Below are positions 26,307 to 28,164 of a stretch of 28,164 nucleotides of DNA, piece by piece. The translations under genes and the position numbers were made by a program. The stretch comes from an uncultured archaeon. GTDB lineage: Archaea; Nanohalarchaeota; Nanosalinia; Nanosalinales; Nanosalinaceae. The DNA is taken from contig CAYQYU010000013.1 of the NCBI GenBank assembly GCA_964421955.1, positions 1 to 28,164 on the forward strand. Reading direction: 5' to 3'. Position 1 is the first letter of the stretch; each line of letters starts with the position of its first letter. The notes beneath the pieces were generated by a model that searched no databases, had not been told where the DNA came from, and was given only the letters and a program-made list of their open reading frames with translations.

Positions 26307-27512
26307 ATGGTAATAGGAGAAATTTTCTCCCGGCAAGTTGAGAAAAACGGTTCTGCTGGCTCCAGGCAAGATGATGTTGAACCCCGGGGAGGCGGCAGCT
26401 CGATTTTTGATATGGTGGATATACGGAATATAGATTTTGATCCACATCTACACGCTACGTCTGACGGAGATATAATTCATAAAGTCGCAGATATGGCACA
26501 GGAATTAGGTGTTTCTATAGCTGTGGCTGACCATATCCGGCAGGTAAAGGATGATGTTGTCTACTACAAGGATGACGACCAGGCCTACAGGAATACGGAC
26601 TTCAGTGGGGAGAACGAGATCTGGCTGGCGGACAACATGGATATTCTTCAAGAAATTATAGATGAGGAACGCAGAGACCGGGGTTCTGGTGAGGAATGGG
26701 GTCTTGAAGGAACTATTTCTGCCCTTGAAGCAAACGCGGATGCTGAAGGATTTGAACTGGATGAAACCGGTCTTGAGGAGGCAGCCTTGGACTTCATCGA
26801 GACAGAGAACCAGAGAAACTCTTCTGTAAATCTTGTGTTGAGCGCTGAGCAGGACTATGAGACCTGGAATGAGGAAATCATCACGGATTTCATGAGGGAG
26901 CAAGACCTGCCTTTCTGGGTCTTGAGCACCCACTACATACCTCTGGAAAGATGGGATAGACCTCGTTACTTTAGGCATAATGACTTCGAAAATCTCTCTG
27001 AGGAGGAACTACGGGAAGCGGCAGAAAACTACTTTGAACAGTACGAGGACAAAATAAGATTCGGCAGCCAGAAAGAAGAGGAACTTGGAACCACGGTCAT
27101 ACACTCCCATCCTGATGGTATTATCCGGAACGACCACCTGAGACCTTACGTCACTGAGGAAGACCTTGACAGTGTTCTCGATCTGGCCGAAGAATACGAT
27201 GCAGTTGTCGAGATAAACGGGCGTATAATCAGGAAACTCAAGGCCAAGTACGTTGATGAGGACAGCTTCTACTCGCCAGAGGATGCTGAATGGTTCGCGG
27301 GCAAAGTCCTTGAAAGAGCGGAAAGAGGAGATCTTGAATTTACCGTTGCATCTGATGCACACTCTACATGGGAGATGTTTGAACAGTATGCAATACTCGA
27401 CGGCATCCTGGAAGAATACGGCGCTGAACCACTGGACTACCAGAACCTACTTGAAAGAGGCCCGGGCCAAGAACAGTTCCGTGATAGTGTCAGAGCAGCC
27501 AGTAGCCTTTAA
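26307..27512 (+). CDS. PHP-family metal-dependent phosphoesterase (HisJ/histidinol-phosphatase-like)
   Basis: DPHLH..SDG, ADH, SAEQDY, STHY, SHPD, VEING, ASDAH motifs in PHP order. Confidence 0.8.
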   Translation: MVIGEIFSRQVEKNGSAGSRQDDVEPRGGGSSIFDMVDIRNIDFDPHLHATSDGDIIHKVADMAQELGVSIAVADHIRQVKDDVVYYKDDDQAYRNTDFSGENEIWLADNMDILQEIIDEERRDRGSGEEWGLEGTISALEANADAEGFELDETGLEEAALDFIETENQRNSSVNLVLSAEQDYETWNEEIITDFMREQDLPFWVLSTHYIPLERWDRPRYFRHNDFENLSEEELREAAENYFEQYEDKIRFGSQKEEELGTTVIHSHPDGIIRNDHLRPYVTEEDLDSVLDLAEEYDAVVEINGRIIRKLKAKYVDEDSFYSPEDAEWFAGKVLERAERGDLEFTVASDAHSTWEMFEQYAILDGILEEYGAEPLDYQNLLERGPGQEQFRDSVRAASSL

Positions 27513-27600
27513 CCAGTTCACCAGAAAGCCTTTTTTAGATTACACCATCAACCCTTTCTACAGGCAAACCCTCAGGAATCAGGACTTCCTGATACCGGCT

Positions 27601-27733
27601 GGACCACTAGCTCAGGGGTTAGAGCACCGTCCTTATAAGGACCTTACACAGAAAAATACCTGCCTGATAAAGGCCTGTGTGAGTGCCTCCATGAGCGAGG
27701 CGGCGGTCCCGGGTTCGAACCCCGGGTGGTCCA
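27601..27733 (+). tRNA. tRNA-Ile (anticodon UAU) with 60-nt intron at position 37/38 (27638-27697)
   Basis: Acceptor GGACCAC/GTGGTCC + A73; D arm GCTC/GAGC; anticodon stem CCGTC/GGCGG; loop CT-TAT-A|A; T arm CCGGG-TTCGAAC-CCCGG; BHB-like splice motif; CCA not encoded. Confidence 0.9.
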
Positions 27734-27737
27734 TCGC

Positions 27738-27849
27738 TTTCAGCGCTGAAAATCCCGGGATTCGAATAGAACCCTGGGCGGTCCAACTCACTAATGGTTC
27801 GTTGGATTCCCGTCCACTAAACTGATGGTTTAGAATCCGGGTGGTCCAT
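27738..27849 (+). repeat. Degenerate direct repeats of the tRNA 3' end plus a 14-bp palindrome
   Basis: TTTCAGCGCTGAAA palindrome (27738-51); TCCCGGGaTTCGAA (27753-66); GAACCCtGGGcGGTCCA (27769-85, 15/17 match); exact CCGGGTGGTCCAT (27837-49). Confidence 0.75.
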
Positions 27850-27980
27850 AATTCTTTCCATAGTTGCCGAGGGGTTCTTGGCGGTGTTCTTATGAACTGG
27901 GGAGGCCAGGAGTCTTATTACCATGTAATAAGTTCTCTTTAAAAGATAGGATTCGTACTTGATTGTGGGGAGGGAAAAGA

Positions 27981-28164
27981 ATGAAGGATATTTTCCTGAA
28001 TTTGAAACCTGTCAAGGCCCTGGTCAAGATAAGGCAGAAGCGCCAGACCTATGCAACCGAACTTTCCCGCGAGATAGATACCACCTACTCACACATGGTG
28101 AATACGCTGTCGAAGCTTGAGAAGGAGGGGTTGATCGAGACAGAGAAGAAGGGGAGGAAGAAGA
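27981..28164 (+). CDS. MarR-like winged-helix protein (partial, runs off window)
   Basis: MKDIFLNLKPVKALVKIRQKRQTYATELSREIDTTYSHMVNTLSKLEKEGLIETEKKGRK; SD GGGGAGG. Confidence 0.85.
   Translation, partial: MKDIFLNLKPVKALVKIRQKRQTYATELSREIDTTYSHMVNTLSKLEKEGLIETEKKGRKK

Noticed and set aside
27638-27697. Box C/D guide RNA inside the tRNA intron
   Set aside because: CTGA and TGATAA/ATGAG fragments exist but not in a valid C...D order or spacing.
27707-27849. tRNA-end repeats as a CRISPR array
   Set aside because: Repeats are degenerate, irregularly spaced and derived from the tRNA; no cas genes in the window.

Overview
Gene-dense archaeal chromosomal segment with strongly acidic proteins. Its content (exosome, HerA, tRNA-Ile with a UAU anticodon, Cys-rich giant surface protein, salt-in proteome) points by inference to a nanohaloarchaeon (DPANN) rather than a classical Halobacteria host. 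Left to right: a partial Tat-lipoprotein gene; a 1502-aa surface protein; herA plus two paralogous PD-(D/E)xK-like ORFs converging on mre11-rad50, with no nurA in the window; proS; psmB-aCPSF1; small Zn-finger and coiled-coil genes; a decayed Ca2+/cation antiporter remnant; the conserved psmA-sdo1-rrp4-rrp41-rrp42-rpl37ae-rpoP-pcc1-pfdB-UPF0147-sepF cluster, interrupted by an inserted metzincin protease; a PHP hydrolase; an intron-containing tRNA-Ile(UAU) followed by degenerate copies of its own 3' end; and a partial wHTH gene. Best candidates for novelty: the HerA plus active/inactive nuclease pair beside Mre11-Rad50, the tRNA-Ile(UAU) whose intron still complements an ancestral CAU anticodon, the tRNA 3'-end repeat stack, and an apparent ATC start codon. 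All calls come from manual motif reading; no database searches were run.
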